Shown: positions 38,031 to 46,577 of the stretch, piece after piece
How positions within the stretch are numbered: the first letter of the stretch is position 1
Layout of the letters: each line of letters starts with the position of its first letter
Virus record (IMG/VR): IMGVR_UViG_3300005611_000010
DNA from: an uncultured virus (IMG/VR IMGVR_UViG_3300005611_000010)
Lineage: Duplodnaviria > Heunggongvirae > Uroviricota > Caudoviricetes
Strand: one strand, 5' to 3'
Length of the DNA: 64,000 nt
The notes under the pieces: model-generated
Databases searched by the model: none
What the model saw: the letters and a program-made list of their open reading frames with translations, nothing else
What the model was told of the DNA's origin: nothing
Translations under genes and position numbers: made by a program

Positions 38031-38558
38031 TTATGCTTTTAATGTATCCTCCCTAAACCAAGCCCAATTATTTCCTGAAGTCATCACAGTTTGTTTAGTC
38101 AAGAAATTTCTTGTGTCATTATATCTGTTCCACGCTTTAGGGTCAAGTGTTACCTTGAACCAAGTGTACACTTTACCATTGCGGTCTTTCATATCCCCTC
38201 TATCGGGAGCGGTAGTTGTAACCACACCCAAGTATTCGCCTGCCGCATCACCTTCCCAAACTATATTATCTATGAATCCATTGTTTACATAATTTTGGCT
38301 TCGTCCTTTTATGTTTGGAAGTTTAGCGTACACCTTCATTCCTTTGGCTACTGCTTTATCTTTTGCCGCAGTAGCGACTTTAGGTGGAACTTTCCTCTGC
38401 TCTTCGCTTATTTCATCTCCTGTAGTATCGTCATCGCCTCCATTTTCATCCCCTGTTGTGTCGTCCTTTTTCTCTTTTAGCAACAAAGACGCACCCAATA
38501 CCGCTCCTAATCCAAGAAGTGCATACAGGGTTATTTTTAAGGCTTTATCGGTCTTCAT
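38031..38558 (-). CDS. Membrane-anchored protein, possible SH3-like domain
   Basis: N-terminal TM, acidic linker, beta domain ending WAWFREDTL. Confidence 0.6.
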   Translation of the reverse strand: MKTDKALKITLYALLGLGAVLGASLLLKEKKDDTTGDENGGDDDTTGDEISEEQRKVPPKVATAAKDKAVAKGMKVYAKLPNIKGRSQNYVNNGFIDNIVWEGDAAGEYLGVVTTTAPDRGDMKDRNGKVYTWFKVTLDPKAWNRYNDTRNFLTKQTVMTSGNNWAWFREDTLKA

Positions 38559-38704
38559 TTTTTTGCGTTTTCAATCTTTTTAATCAATGCTTGTAGTTCA
38601 GGGTCACTTGTATCTGCATCATTGTTTTTAATCACTTTATAAGCCAAATACAGGACACCTAATCCTGCTACAACAATACCTCCAACTAAAAGTCCTTTTT
38701 TCAT
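38555..38704 (-). CDS. 49-aa membrane protein (absent from ORF track)
   Basis: MKKGLLVGGIVVAGLGVLYLAYKVIKNND...ENAKK; ATGA overlaps on both sides. Confidence 0.8.
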   Translation of the reverse strand: MKKGLLVGGIVVAGLGVLYLAYKVIKNNDADTSDPELQALIKKIENAKK

Positions 38705-39123
38705 TGCTTGCTTATTTTGTAGATTTTAAACCCTGCATAGATAACAACACCACCTACAGCAACCCATCCAAGCCACTTTAGGTTTGTACCCACACTTCCA
38801 AAGAAATCAGAAACACCACCAAGAAGTTCAACCCCACTTCCCGTTACATCAAGAACAGGGGAAAATACTCCTGCGCTTGCGTAAGTGTCTAAACCTTCTT
38901 TGCGTGCATATTCCCGAAAACTTGTATTGAATGTACGGCAATCCCAATGCGAAGCACCTGTTGTTCCCTGCGCATACGCATAGTCCCAAATGTACTTTGC
39001 CTTTTCTTTTCCGAACTTGGCTTTCAATAATTTATGCCATTGCATCCAATCGTTGCAATCCCAAGAATCATCAATTCCCCATTCGTCGTAGTCAGGTGCG
39101 GTATTCCAAGTAGTTACTGCCAT
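38701..39123 (-). CDS. Trp-rich protein with C-terminal TM anchor
   Basis: WDCNDWMQWH; WLGWVAVGGVVIYAGFKIYK. Confidence 0.7.
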   Translation of the reverse strand: MAVTTWNTAPDYDEWGIDDSWDCNDWMQWHKLLKAKFGKEKAKYIWDYAYAQGTTGASHWDCRTFNTSFREYARKEGLDTYASAGVFSPVLDVTGSGVELLGGVSDFFGSVGTNLKWLGWVAVGGVVIYAGFKIYKISKQ

Positions 39124-39908
39124 TATTCTATTACAATGTCCATTTTTTCAAAATCGTTTATGAACTTGTTTATCATATCATAACGATTCTTGTTTAACGT
39201 GTTGGGAGCATTTTTAAAGGTTTCCAAGAAAGCCTGATACGCCTCAATCCTTGGATACCCTAATCCCAAATAAATTAACAATCCATTCAAGTCTGCTTCC
39301 ATTTCATCGTCCATCTTTTCATTAAGATAAAAATGGCTGAATTCGTGAAGTAGTATAGCCATACGCATCGGTACGGTGAACTGTGTAAACTGTTCTTTAC
39401 TAACCTGAATGATACCTGTACGTCGTCCAATACGCGCAGGTGTAGTCAAAACTTTACCTTGCGCATCGCGTATGGTTTGTTTTAACTGTATGAAGTATTG
39501 ACCGTCGTCGCTTTTGTAAACTTCTTCCGCTTCAAGGTCTTGTACATTGAAGGAAAACTTTTGAGCAAAACGAACAAAACTTCTGATTTTAGCGTTCCCG
39601 ATGTCACTTACATCGAATCTACGCTCTAATCCTTTTTTATAAACTTTTACGATTTCAAATGAATCGTCATTTTTCTTTGCTATACCTCCTTTATCCGCAA
39701 CAACTTCCACAACGGCTATGTCAGGAGAAAGTGGCATACGAACAAAAAGCGTTTCATTACCTGTAATGGTTTTATACCTTTCGGTAAACTTGCGTTTTTC
39801 GTTCTTTGCGTCATAAACAGTCAAATGCAACTTCGTAGCAAACTCCGTGCGAAGTTCAATGCAAAGCGTCAAGGGCGCATAATTGGTTGCTATCTTCCGT
39901 TCTTTCAT
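39123..39908 (-). CDS. Zinc metallopeptidase (HEXXH), candidate maturation protease
   Basis: AILLHEFSHFYLN...EMEADLNG. Confidence 0.75.
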   Translation of the reverse strand: MKERKIATNYAPLTLCIELRTEFATKLHLTVYDAKNEKRKFTERYKTITGNETLFVRMPLSPDIAVVEVVADKGGIAKKNDDSFEIVKVYKKGLERRFDVSDIGNAKIRSFVRFAQKFSFNVQDLEAEEVYKSDDGQYFIQLKQTIRDAQGKVLTTPARIGRRTGIIQVSKEQFTQFTVPMRMAILLHEFSHFYLNEKMDDEMEADLNGLLIYLGLGYPRIEAYQAFLETFKNAPNTLNKNRYDMINKFINDFEKMDIVIE

Positions 39909-40114
39909 TGACTTTGTTTTACTTCATCGGGTGTCGTGGCAACTTTTACGTTACCATTTTTAATTGCATTAACCGCTCTATCGACTGCGTTTGTGTCATT
40001 ACCGTTTGCCTCTAATGGCTTTTTAGGGAGCCACCAATCACGAAACTTGATAAGCAGGAAGATTGCTCCACCTGCTATCAAGATTTTCTTTATTTGGCTA
40101 TCGGGTAATTTCAC
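39905..40114 (-). CDS. Small membrane protein
   Basis: ILIAGGAIFLLIKF. Confidence 0.65.
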   Translation of the reverse strand: MKLPDSQIKKILIAGGAIFLLIKFRDWWLPKKPLEANGNDTNAVDRAVNAIKNGNVKVATTPDEVKQSQ

Positions 40115-40380
40115 TTTTTGTAATTCTTATATACCAAGTATCCTAACAAGACTATCAATCCAACTCGAAGGACTTTTGAAGTCATTTGTGCTTTGTCTAC
40201 ATCAGCCTTTTTAATTTCCGTTGTTTCGGCAGGGGCTTCTTCAGTACCATCGGCATTGTAAAATTCTTCCATCGCTTCTACGTTTGGAATAAACTTGCCT
40301 TTGGCTTTTTCACGTTCGAGCCAATCCTTGAATGCAAGGGTAGAGCCTGATTGTTTGTATAGTTTGTTAGCGGATAACAT
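40111..40380 (-). CDS. Small C-terminally anchored membrane protein
   Basis: EFYNADG motif; VGLIVLLGYLVYKNYKK. Confidence 0.7.
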   Translation of the reverse strand: MLSANKLYKQSGSTLAFKDWLEREKAKGKFIPNVEAMEEFYNADGTEEAPAETTEIKKADVDKAQMTSKVLRVGLIVLLGYLVYKNYKK

Positions 40381-40381
40381 A

Positions 40382-40978
40382 TTAATTGAATTCGTATTTA
40401 GGTTTGGAATCTACAAAACCAAGGAATTTAGGGTCAACAGCCGATTTAACTCCTGCTCCACCTCCATAAACACCACCGCCTCCGTAAACTACCCCACCTG
40501 TGGGATTACCTACGGGTACGGGTGAGCCTGAAGGTATGAAAACTCCTGCTCCTGACCCTGCACTAACGGGAGTACCGCTTGAAGGTCTTGTTGGTCGTGT
40601 AGGGCTTGTTGGGGTTCTTGAACCTGCTCCAACGGAAACACCACCTGTTGTACCACCTGATACAACACCACCGCCTGATGGAATACCTGTTCCTACGGGG
40701 TCTTTAACATCACCTCTTGTTGGCGTGGTTGAAGTTTCTCCTTTGACTACGTTCGCTCCTGTGCCGCTTGTGGATGTACCGCTACCTTCATCTTTGGATT
40801 CTGTGCCTTCGGGTACTTCTACACCTGTTGGAAAGAAGCCACCGCCTCCACCACCAACTCCACCGCCACCGCCTGCGCCACCGCCTGCTTCCTCGGTTGG
40901 GATTGATTTTTTCTTTTTGAAAAACAAGAAATACAGCGCAACGGCTACACCTCCTGCGATTAGGTAGTTCTTATTCAT
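40382..40978 (-). CDS. Membrane-anchored Gly/Pro/Thr-rich protein
   Basis: YLIAGGVAVALYFLFFKKKK followed by low-complexity region. Confidence 0.7.
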   Translation of the reverse strand: MNKNYLIAGGVAVALYFLFFKKKKSIPTEEAGGGAGGGGGVGGGGGGFFPTGVEVPEGTESKDEGSGTSTSGTGANVVKGETSTTPTRGDVKDPVGTGIPSGGGVVSGGTTGGVSVGAGSRTPTSPTRPTRPSSGTPVSAGSGAGVFIPSGSPVPVGNPTGGVVYGGGGVYGGGAGVKSAVDPKFLGFVDSKPKYEFN

Positions 40979-40981
40979 AAT

Positions 40982-41068
40982 CTATTTCTCTGCGGGTTTT
41001 CGGAAGACGAAGTATAACACTCCTGCTACCACTCCCAAAGTTAATATTGTTTTAGTAATTGGTTTCAT
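40982..41068 (-). CDS. 28-aa membrane peptide (absent from ORF track)
   Basis: MKPITKTILTLGVVAGVLYFVFRKPAEK fills the gap between neighbours exactly. Confidence 0.7.
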   Translation of the reverse strand: MKPITKTILTLGVVAGVLYFVFRKPAEK

Positions 41069-41070
41069 TT

Positions 41071-41292
41071 TTACTTCAATTTAAGTCCTTTTAATCCGTC
41101 TGCATTTTTATACAAATGGTCGTCATACACCATATCGTCCTCTGTCCAATTTTCAAATCCACCGTTAGCACCTGTTCCTACAGGCTTTTTAACTTTGGCT
41201 GTGCTTAAAACTTTGTCCGTTTTGGTTAAATAAATTGCTAAAGCGACTGCTCCAAGCAGGATAGCGGCTTCAATATATTCTTTTTTTATCAT
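41071..41292 (-). CDS. Small membrane protein
   Basis: N-terminal TM; YKNADG motif. Confidence 0.7.
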   Translation of the reverse strand: MIKKEYIEAAILLGAVALAIYLTKTDKVLSTAKVKKPVGTGANGGFENWTEDDMVYDDHLYKNADGLKGLKLK

Positions 41293-41293
41293 C

Positions 41294-41599
41294 TTATTTT
41301 TTAGTTAAAATGTTGAAAACTATGTAACCTGCAAGAAGTAATCCACCTGCAAAAAGTACACCTCCGAACTTTTGGTCATCGGTGATTTTTTCCTCTGCTT
41401 TAATTTCGGTTTTGGAATTAGGGGGTGGCAAAACACCTCCACCTCTTTGTACATTTACTGCATCATCGGGCGGTGGTGGGACATCTTCTTGTACGATAAT
41501 ACCACCTTCAGCGTTTAAAAAAACCAAACGCTTTGGTCTTGCTCGAACTATGTCAGGCTTTTGATAATTTTTTTGCACTATTGCTGAATCTATAGTCAT
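41294..41599 (-). CDS. Small C-terminally anchored membrane protein
   Basis: VFLNAEGG; C-terminal TM followed by KK. Confidence 0.7.
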   Translation of the reverse strand: MTIDSAIVQKNYQKPDIVRARPKRLVFLNAEGGIIVQEDVPPPPDDAVNVQRGGGVLPPPNSKTEIKAEEKITDDQKFGGVLFAGGLLLAGYIVFNILTKK

Positions 41600-41600
41600 A

Positions 41601-41981
41601 TTATTTTTTCAATAAAAAGTATCCTACTAAAACGATTCCTCCAATCAAAACCCAATTAGGCTTATTGGTGCTTCCTGAAGCCTTTTCAGGAGCGGTTTGA
41701 GGAGCGGTTTCATCTTTATTAATAAGTTCTACATCTTTTCCGACTACAAGTGTGATTCGTCTTCCACCTGCGCCTGCGGGTATTACCTGAACAGTCTTTG
41801 GGTTTACCGTGCCAATAGGAACCCATACTTTGACAATTGTTCCCGCCTTGACTGATTCCTCACCACGAACATTTATATCCTTTAATAATTTTACTTGGAT
41901 GTTTGTTAATTGTGGCTCGACAGCGGGTTTGGCTATTGCCGCTTGACCTTCCCTTATTTTTTGAAATTCTTCTAATGTCAT
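41601..41981 (-). CDS. C-terminally anchored membrane protein
   Basis: Start moved to ATG 41981; NWVLIGGIVLVGYFLLKK. Confidence 0.7.
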   Translation of the reverse strand: MTLEEFQKIREGQAAIAKPAVEPQLTNIQVKLLKDINVRGEESVKAGTIVKVWVPIGTVNPKTVQVIPAGAGGRRITLVVGKDVELINKDETAPQTAPEKASGSTNKPNWVLIGGIVLVGYFLLKK

Positions 41982-41982
41982 T

Positions 41983-42210
41983 TTAATCGTTGCTAAATAC
42001 GAAATAATTAACTGCTCCACCTCCGATTGCTCCAAGGGTTGCAGTTACCCAAACATTTTTTTTCGACCACCAACCGTAAAGTAATCCTACGACTGCTCCT
42101 GCGGCACTACCCTTTACAAGACGCTTGCTTTTATCCACGAAGGTGTCGTGAGTGGATTGTCCATTCAGTTCCTTTACGTTGTCCAAAGCATCTTGAAATT
42201 CGTTTGCCAT
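41983..42210 (-). CDS. Small two-TM glycine-zipper protein
   Basis: GSAAGAVVGLLYG...LGAIGGGAV. Confidence 0.7.
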   Translation of the reverse strand: MANEFQDALDNVKELNGQSTHDTFVDKSKRLVKGSAAGAVVGLLYGWWSKKNVWVTATLGAIGGGAVNYFVFSND

Positions 42211-42420
42211 TTAAGCCTCCATTTCTTTTTCTACTGCTGATACATTTTTTCGGTTGGCGATTACGCCACTTGCCCAACCACCGACTACAGCCCCAAGGAA
42301 ACCAATGCCGACAATACGACCAACGTCTGATTTACCAAACGCGTAGAAACCATAAGTGGCGGCTACTAAACCCCCAATTATTGCTCCATTTCTGAACGAT
42401 ATTCCGACTTTCTTTTCCAT
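42211..42420 (-). CDS. Small two-TM glycine-zipper protein
   Basis: Start moved to ATG 42420; GAIIGGLVAA...GFLGAVVGG. Confidence 0.7.
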   Translation of the reverse strand: MEKKVGISFRNGAIIGGLVAATYGFYAFGKSDVGRIVGIGFLGAVVGGWASGVIANRKNVSAVEKEMEA

Positions 42421-42605
42421 TATTTTGCTGTAAAGTTGTAATAAGCCATACCTGCCAAACCACCTACCATTCCACCAAGCAAGTAATAACCTGCTCCCTT
42501 CCAAAATCCTGATTTGACTTGAAAAGCGTAAACGATTCCAACGATACCTCCTACTTGGCTTATTGCAATTGCTCTTCCAAGTCTTTGTTTATCAGTAGTT
42601 TCCAT
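42420..42605 (-). CDS. Small two-TM glycine-zipper protein
   Basis: VGGIVGIVYAF..KSGFWKGAGYYLLGGMVGG. Confidence 0.75.
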   Translation of the reverse strand: METTDKQRLGRAIAISQVGGIVGIVYAFQVKSGFWKGAGYYLLGGMVGGLAGMAYYNFTAK

Positions 42606-42606
42606 A

Positions 42607-43272
42607 TTACTTCTTTTTAGTTGCGAAATAAACGATTGCGCCTAATGCTCCTAAAACACCTACTACAATAAGAACTATTGTTCCTGTTCCCATTCCACCT
42701 GAAGCGGGGGGTGGGGTGTTTGGGTTGTTTGGAATATCAGCACGACCTTGGTTGATATTATTGGTAGTATCCGCGGTGGTTCCCTCACGACTTGCCCATA
42801 CATTCAAACCTGTGTTTATAACACGTTTAACTGTATCGGGGTCAAGATAGTCTGACCAACTAACACCGTTTTTATTTTTGTCGTCTTTGCTTTTTGCAGG
42901 GTCGTCTGTACTTCCTGCTTGAGCACCTGCACTTGCGCCAATAAAAATGTCGTCAAGACTTGTTCCCTTACCTTGGGACACAAATCCATTGTACACCTTA
43001 TTCAAAGATGTTCCATTGCCTTGCTGAACGAAATTCAGGAAACCAAGGAAGTTATTGTTATTGCTGATTGATTCTTGAGCCAAAGCGGCAAAGTCCCTAC
43101 GGAAAGTTTTGCTTGTTTTCAATAAAGCGGCAAAGGCTTTATCTATGTCCGCTTTGCTTGCATTAGCAGGAAGTACGACACCGTACTTGCGGATAAGCGT
43201 TTTAGTACCTTCGGGGTTGTTGTCGATGGTATATGCACTTACAGCATATATGTCTTTCTGATTTATATTCAT
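42607..43272 (-). CDS. Virion membrane protein with C-terminal anchor
   Basis: NNPEGTKTLIRKYG resembles NNPVGAKRTIESFG of the neighbour; internal FVxQGxGTSL duplication; TM followed by KKK. Confidence 0.75.
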   Translation of the reverse strand: MNINQKDIYAVSAYTIDNNPEGTKTLIRKYGVVLPANASKADIDKAFAALLKTSKTFRRDFAALAQESISNNNNFLGFLNFVQQGNGTSLNKVYNGFVSQGKGTSLDDIFIGASAGAQAGSTDDPAKSKDDKNKNGVSWSDYLDPDTVKRVINTGLNVWASREGTTADTTNNINQGRADIPNNPNTPPPASGGMGTGTIVLIVVGVLGALGAIVYFATKKK

Positions 43273-43649
43273 TATTTTTTCAAAATTAATCCTGCTACTA
43301 CAAGAAGCGAAACAGCCACAATTAATGTATTGGTTTGATGAGCCAATTTCGCTGTGCTGTCATTTTGCTGTTGGTTGTTACTTAAAACTGCACTCTGAAG
43401 GATTCCGTCTGCTCCAAGGAAGTTTTCTTTGTCCTTGCATCCACAATCGTTACCATAGACTTCAAGAATTAAATCTTTGTCGGGGTGCAAATCGACTACG
43501 GCTTTTAAGGCGGGCTCTCCCTCCTGTGCTACCAACATACGAAGATTATCGCCCATTGATTTTGGATTGACCACTTTGTAGCCAAAAGATTCAATTGTCC
43601 GTTTTGCACCTACGGGATTGTTGCGTGCGATGTATTCGTAGATTGTCAT
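43272..43649 (-). CDS. Virion membrane protein with C-terminal anchor
   Basis: LHPDKDLIL, CGC, ENFLGADG; TM followed by KK. Confidence 0.75.
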   Translation of the reverse strand: MTIYEYIARNNPVGAKRTIESFGYKVVNPKSMGDNLRMLVAQEGEPALKAVVDLHPDKDLILEVYGNDCGCKDKENFLGADGILQSAVLSNNQQQNDSTAKLAHQTNTLIVAVSLLVVAGLILKK

Positions 43650-43668
43650 TTATTTTTTTTTGTTAAAG

Positions 43669-43700
43669 AAAAAAGGGGCGGAGCATAGTTGCCCGCCCCT
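43669..43700 (-). terminator. Rho-independent terminator after the putative capsid gene
   Basis: AGGGGCGG...CCGCCCCT followed by a T-tract on the minus strand. Confidence 0.85.
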
Positions 43701-43725
43701 CTATTTTTGCATCGTTAAATGCCGA

Positions 43726-44421
43726 TTAACCTTGAATTTTCACGGTTTGAGCGCGTACAATTCCTGGGCTTGAGAAGTCCTTGGAAACTGCGCGTCCACT
43801 CAATCCACGAGCCAAGTTGATGTTATCAGCAGGATACATATACAACTTCACAGTAGTGGAAGCCAAAATCTGATTGATAATGATTTTGGTGTAACCATCG
43901 ATGCGATAGCCGTAACGCATTGCCAACACAGTAGTCTGTTGCTGATAAGGGTCAACGGTTGGTACTAAAGGCTTTTGTGCCAAGTTACCGTTAGCGTCTT
44001 TAGTTTGAACACTTAAAGTTTCAAGCAACTGCGTAGAAGAAGCAGACTGAATGTAAGTCAAACCAACGCTGAAAGGGTTGTTCATAAACTGATACAACAT
44101 CTGTTGGTAAGTTACGTTAGGAACTGCACTTGATACAGTTACGTTACCAACGGTCAAAGTACCGTTTGCAAAACCTGCGTTGTTGATGAATTCATAAGAA
44201 CCCAACACGTCAAAGTTTGCTACAGCACCACCTGTGTTCGCAACCTGAATGATATAAGGCTGTGAAGTTGGAGCCGCGGCAGGCATCTGTGCGCCATTAG
44301 CACCCATAAAGTCTTCACCTGCGGTGAAAGACAAATCGTCGTCGAAGAAACCATCGGCTCCTACGAATCCTTCGTGCGCATTATTCTGTGCGTCAGAAAG
44401 ATATTTGCGGATATTACTCAT
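43726..44421 (-). CDS. Putative major capsid protein (single jelly-roll candidate)
   Basis: Soluble beta-rich 231 aa; downstream of packaging ATPase; own promoter/terminator unit; paralog at 12589; fold not verified. Confidence 0.6.
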   Translation of the reverse strand: MSNIRKYLSDAQNNAHEGFVGADGFFDDDLSFTAGEDFMGANGAQMPAAAPTSQPYIIQVANTGGAVANFDVLGSYEFINNAGFANGTLTVGNVTVSSAVPNVTYQQMLYQFMNNPFSVGLTYIQSASSTQLLETLSVQTKDANGNLAQKPLVPTVDPYQQQTTVLAMRYGYRIDGYTKIIINQILASTTVKLYMYPADNINLARGLSGRAVSKDFSSPGIVRAQTVKIQG

Positions 44422-44452
44422 AATTGTAATTTTTTTAAATTTTTAACTTTTT

Positions 44453-44572
44453 TTAACTGCCCATTGTTGCACGTCGTTTGTCAATCTGCTTTTGAACTTC
44501 ATTAGCGATTAACACACCGATTACAATCGTTAGCACTCTGCCTCCGATTTCTTTAAGATTACCTAAATTCAT
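44453..44572 (-). CDS. 39-aa membrane peptide co-transcribed with the putative capsid gene (absent from ORF track)
   Basis: MNLGNLKEIGGRVLTIVIGVLIANEVQKQIDKRRATMGS. Confidence 0.75.
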   Translation of the reverse strand: MNLGNLKEIGGRVLTIVIGVLIANEVQKQIDKRRATMGS

Positions 44573-44620
44573 AATGTTCTTTTTGTTTTACACAACAAGT
44601 TCAGACCCGCTATGTATTTT

Positions 44621-44628
44621 CAAATTTA
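44621..44628 (-). promoter_or_regulatory. -7 promoter box (TAAATTTG) for the capsid unit
   Basis: TAnnTTTG in the intergenic gap after the ATPase terminator. Confidence 0.55.
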
Positions 44629-44699
44629 CTTTATGCTTTTTGCGTTTCTTAAATTCAATATTTTTACCAATATAATTTCAATGGTACTTTAGGTGTCAA

Positions 44700-44732
44700 C
44701 AAAAAAGAAAAGCCCCGTTTTCACAGGGCTTA
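44700..44732 (-). terminator. Rho-independent terminator after the ATPase gene
   Basis: AAGCCCTGTGAAAACGGGGCTT followed by TTCTTTTTT. Confidence 0.8.
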
Positions 44733-44770
44733 TAGATTTTAATTAAGTAGTAATTTGATTGTACCTTAAA

Positions 44771-45589
44771 TTATTTTTTAAGATACATTTTTCGTATGCG
44801 TTCTTTCTCCTGTTTAATAGCACTATCTGCTGTATGCTTTTTTCTATTTCCCCCACCGCTTCGTATGCGAAGTAAAGGTGTAATAACGCGATTATAATTT
44901 TCCTCAATGAAAGTCGTTACCGCTTCGTCAAAAAGTTTATCATCTACGCTTCCCATAAGACACATATTTTCGCAATCCACATACTGATAAAACCGCTCAT
45001 CCCCATTGTAATAACGAGCATTCACCATTAATTCCGCAATTCTCAATAACTCATACTTGTCCTCGAATTTCTTTTGGTGCTTGGATACGTTTTCGGTGAT
45101 TTTATGAAAACGAAGCCAATTTATATTTTGCCAAACCTTTGTACCTACACGACCAATACCCTGATAGTGTAAAATAATATCCAAATCCCTATGTCGGTTT
45201 GTGGCAATTGCACCCATTAAATCTTGGGGCATATGGTCAGACGTAAATCGGTTAATATCTTCAATCAGCAGAAGACCACCTGAAAAAACTTCAAGAATAT
45301 AGTTCAATGTAGCCGCAAGGTCATCCAAGGTCATCTTCCTACCGTCAGGATGAAATGGTCTTACCCTTCGTGCCTCTACAAGTGGATGGACGCTAAAGCG
45401 CATTACGTCTTTCAACGCAATACCTTTATATTCAACAAATTCATCGTTCACGTCCATTATTAAGACCTTACGCGGCATTATACCCGACGCATAGTTCCCT
45501 GAAACATACTGTTTGATTAGGCGGTTAGTGATATAGGTTTTACCTACACCCTTCTTCCCTACTGCAACTCCTAATAATGGTTCACGCAT
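44771..45589 (-). CDS. A32/FtsK-HerA-family genome packaging ATPase
   Basis: Walker A GKKGVGKT at the N-terminus, Walker B LLLIED, Arg-finger block NRHRDLDIILHYQ; 272 aa with no nuclease domain. Confidence 0.8.
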   Translation of the reverse strand: MREPLLGVAVGKKGVGKTYITNRLIKQYVSGNYASGIMPRKVLIMDVNDEFVEYKGIALKDVMRFSVHPLVEARRVRPFHPDGRKMTLDDLAATLNYILEVFSGGLLLIEDINRFTSDHMPQDLMGAIATNRHRDLDIILHYQGIGRVGTKVWQNINWLRFHKITENVSKHQKKFEDKYELLRIAELMVNARYYNGDERFYQYVDCENMCLMGSVDDKLFDEAVTTFIEENYNRVITPLLRIRSGGGNRKKHTADSAIKQEKERIRKMYLKK

Positions 45590-45591
45590 AA

Positions 45592-46575
45592 TTATTTTGA
45601 TTTACGGGGACGACCTCTACGCTTACCTGTTCCTTCGTTAGCCACTTGTTCCATATGTGACAACAAAGAACTGTCACCGAATTCGGGTTGTGCCATTGGC
45701 TTTCTACCACGTTTTACATCGGTGTTTGCGTCTTTAACTTCTACTGCTTCCTGAATTACTTCTTCCACTATAGCCTCTTCTTCAGGTTCAACGTATTCAC
45801 GCTCCTTTTTATCCTTCACAGCACTTCTGTTAATTGGCGGTTCACTATCAAAATCTTCAACCTTTTTTTCTACACGACTTGCTTGTGGTGTAGGTGCAGG
45901 ACGATTATTCATAGATACTTCGCGTAAGGAATCAATAAGCATTCTGTTTTGCTTTGCAAGGCTCATACCTATAGAACCTTTGGTAACAATGTCAATACCA
46001 AAATAATATAAAAGCAATTGCTCATCGGTCATCCCGATGTTACGCTTCATAAATACGCGTAGCATTACAGGACGAACCTTGTCCTTAAATTCGTCGTCTA
46101 CGCTGAATACCTCACCAAGTTCTGCGTTGTACGCTTCTATGTATTGAAGAACGGGGATATTACGTCCATCTACGGGTAAAGTTAAATTGGGGTCGATTTC
46201 CCCTTGACGCATCAAGTTCTGAACGACTTCTACCTTAATCTGTACCCATTTGCTTCCGAATCTATTGAACTGCGTGTATCCGTCTAAAACAGCCTCTACC
46301 AACGCTTTTGATGCTTGCTTTTGGTCTTTGCTCTCAAGGTTGTTTACAAAAGGGTTTGCACTTTCAGGTTCAGGCGCACTTGTTTCTGCGCTCTGCTGTG
46401 AAAATTGCGCTTCAAGGTCTTCAAAAGACGGTGGATTAAAAGTTGGTTCTTCGATTGGGGCTGAATCTACTACCCCTTGCACATTAGGCTTTGTGTACTC
46501 CCTTTGTTTGACGTTTTCCTGCAACGGGGAAAAGTCATCAATAATTTCGGGTTGTGGTTGCAAGTTATCTTCCAT
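45592..46575 (-). CDS. Hypothetical protein with C-terminal AT-hook-like motif
   Basis: Ends in KRRGRPRKSK; immediately upstream of the ATPase. Confidence 0.7.
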   Translation of the reverse strand: MEDNLQPQPEIIDDFSPLQENVKQREYTKPNVQGVVDSAPIEEPTFNPPSFEDLEAQFSQQSAETSAPEPESANPFVNNLESKDQKQASKALVEAVLDGYTQFNRFGSKWVQIKVEVVQNLMRQGEIDPNLTLPVDGRNIPVLQYIEAYNAELGEVFSVDDEFKDKVRPVMLRVFMKRNIGMTDEQLLLYYFGIDIVTKGSIGMSLAKQNRMLIDSLREVSMNNRPAPTPQASRVEKKVEDFDSEPPINRSAVKDKKEREYVEPEEEAIVEEVIQEAVEVKDANTDVKRGRKPMAQPEFGDSSLLSHMEQVANEGTGKRRGRPRKSK

Positions 46576-46577
46576 AA

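Noticed and set aside
44771..45589. Terminase large subunit
   Set aside because: Too short, no RNase H-like nuclease domain, and motif layout fits A32/FtsK-HerA ATPases
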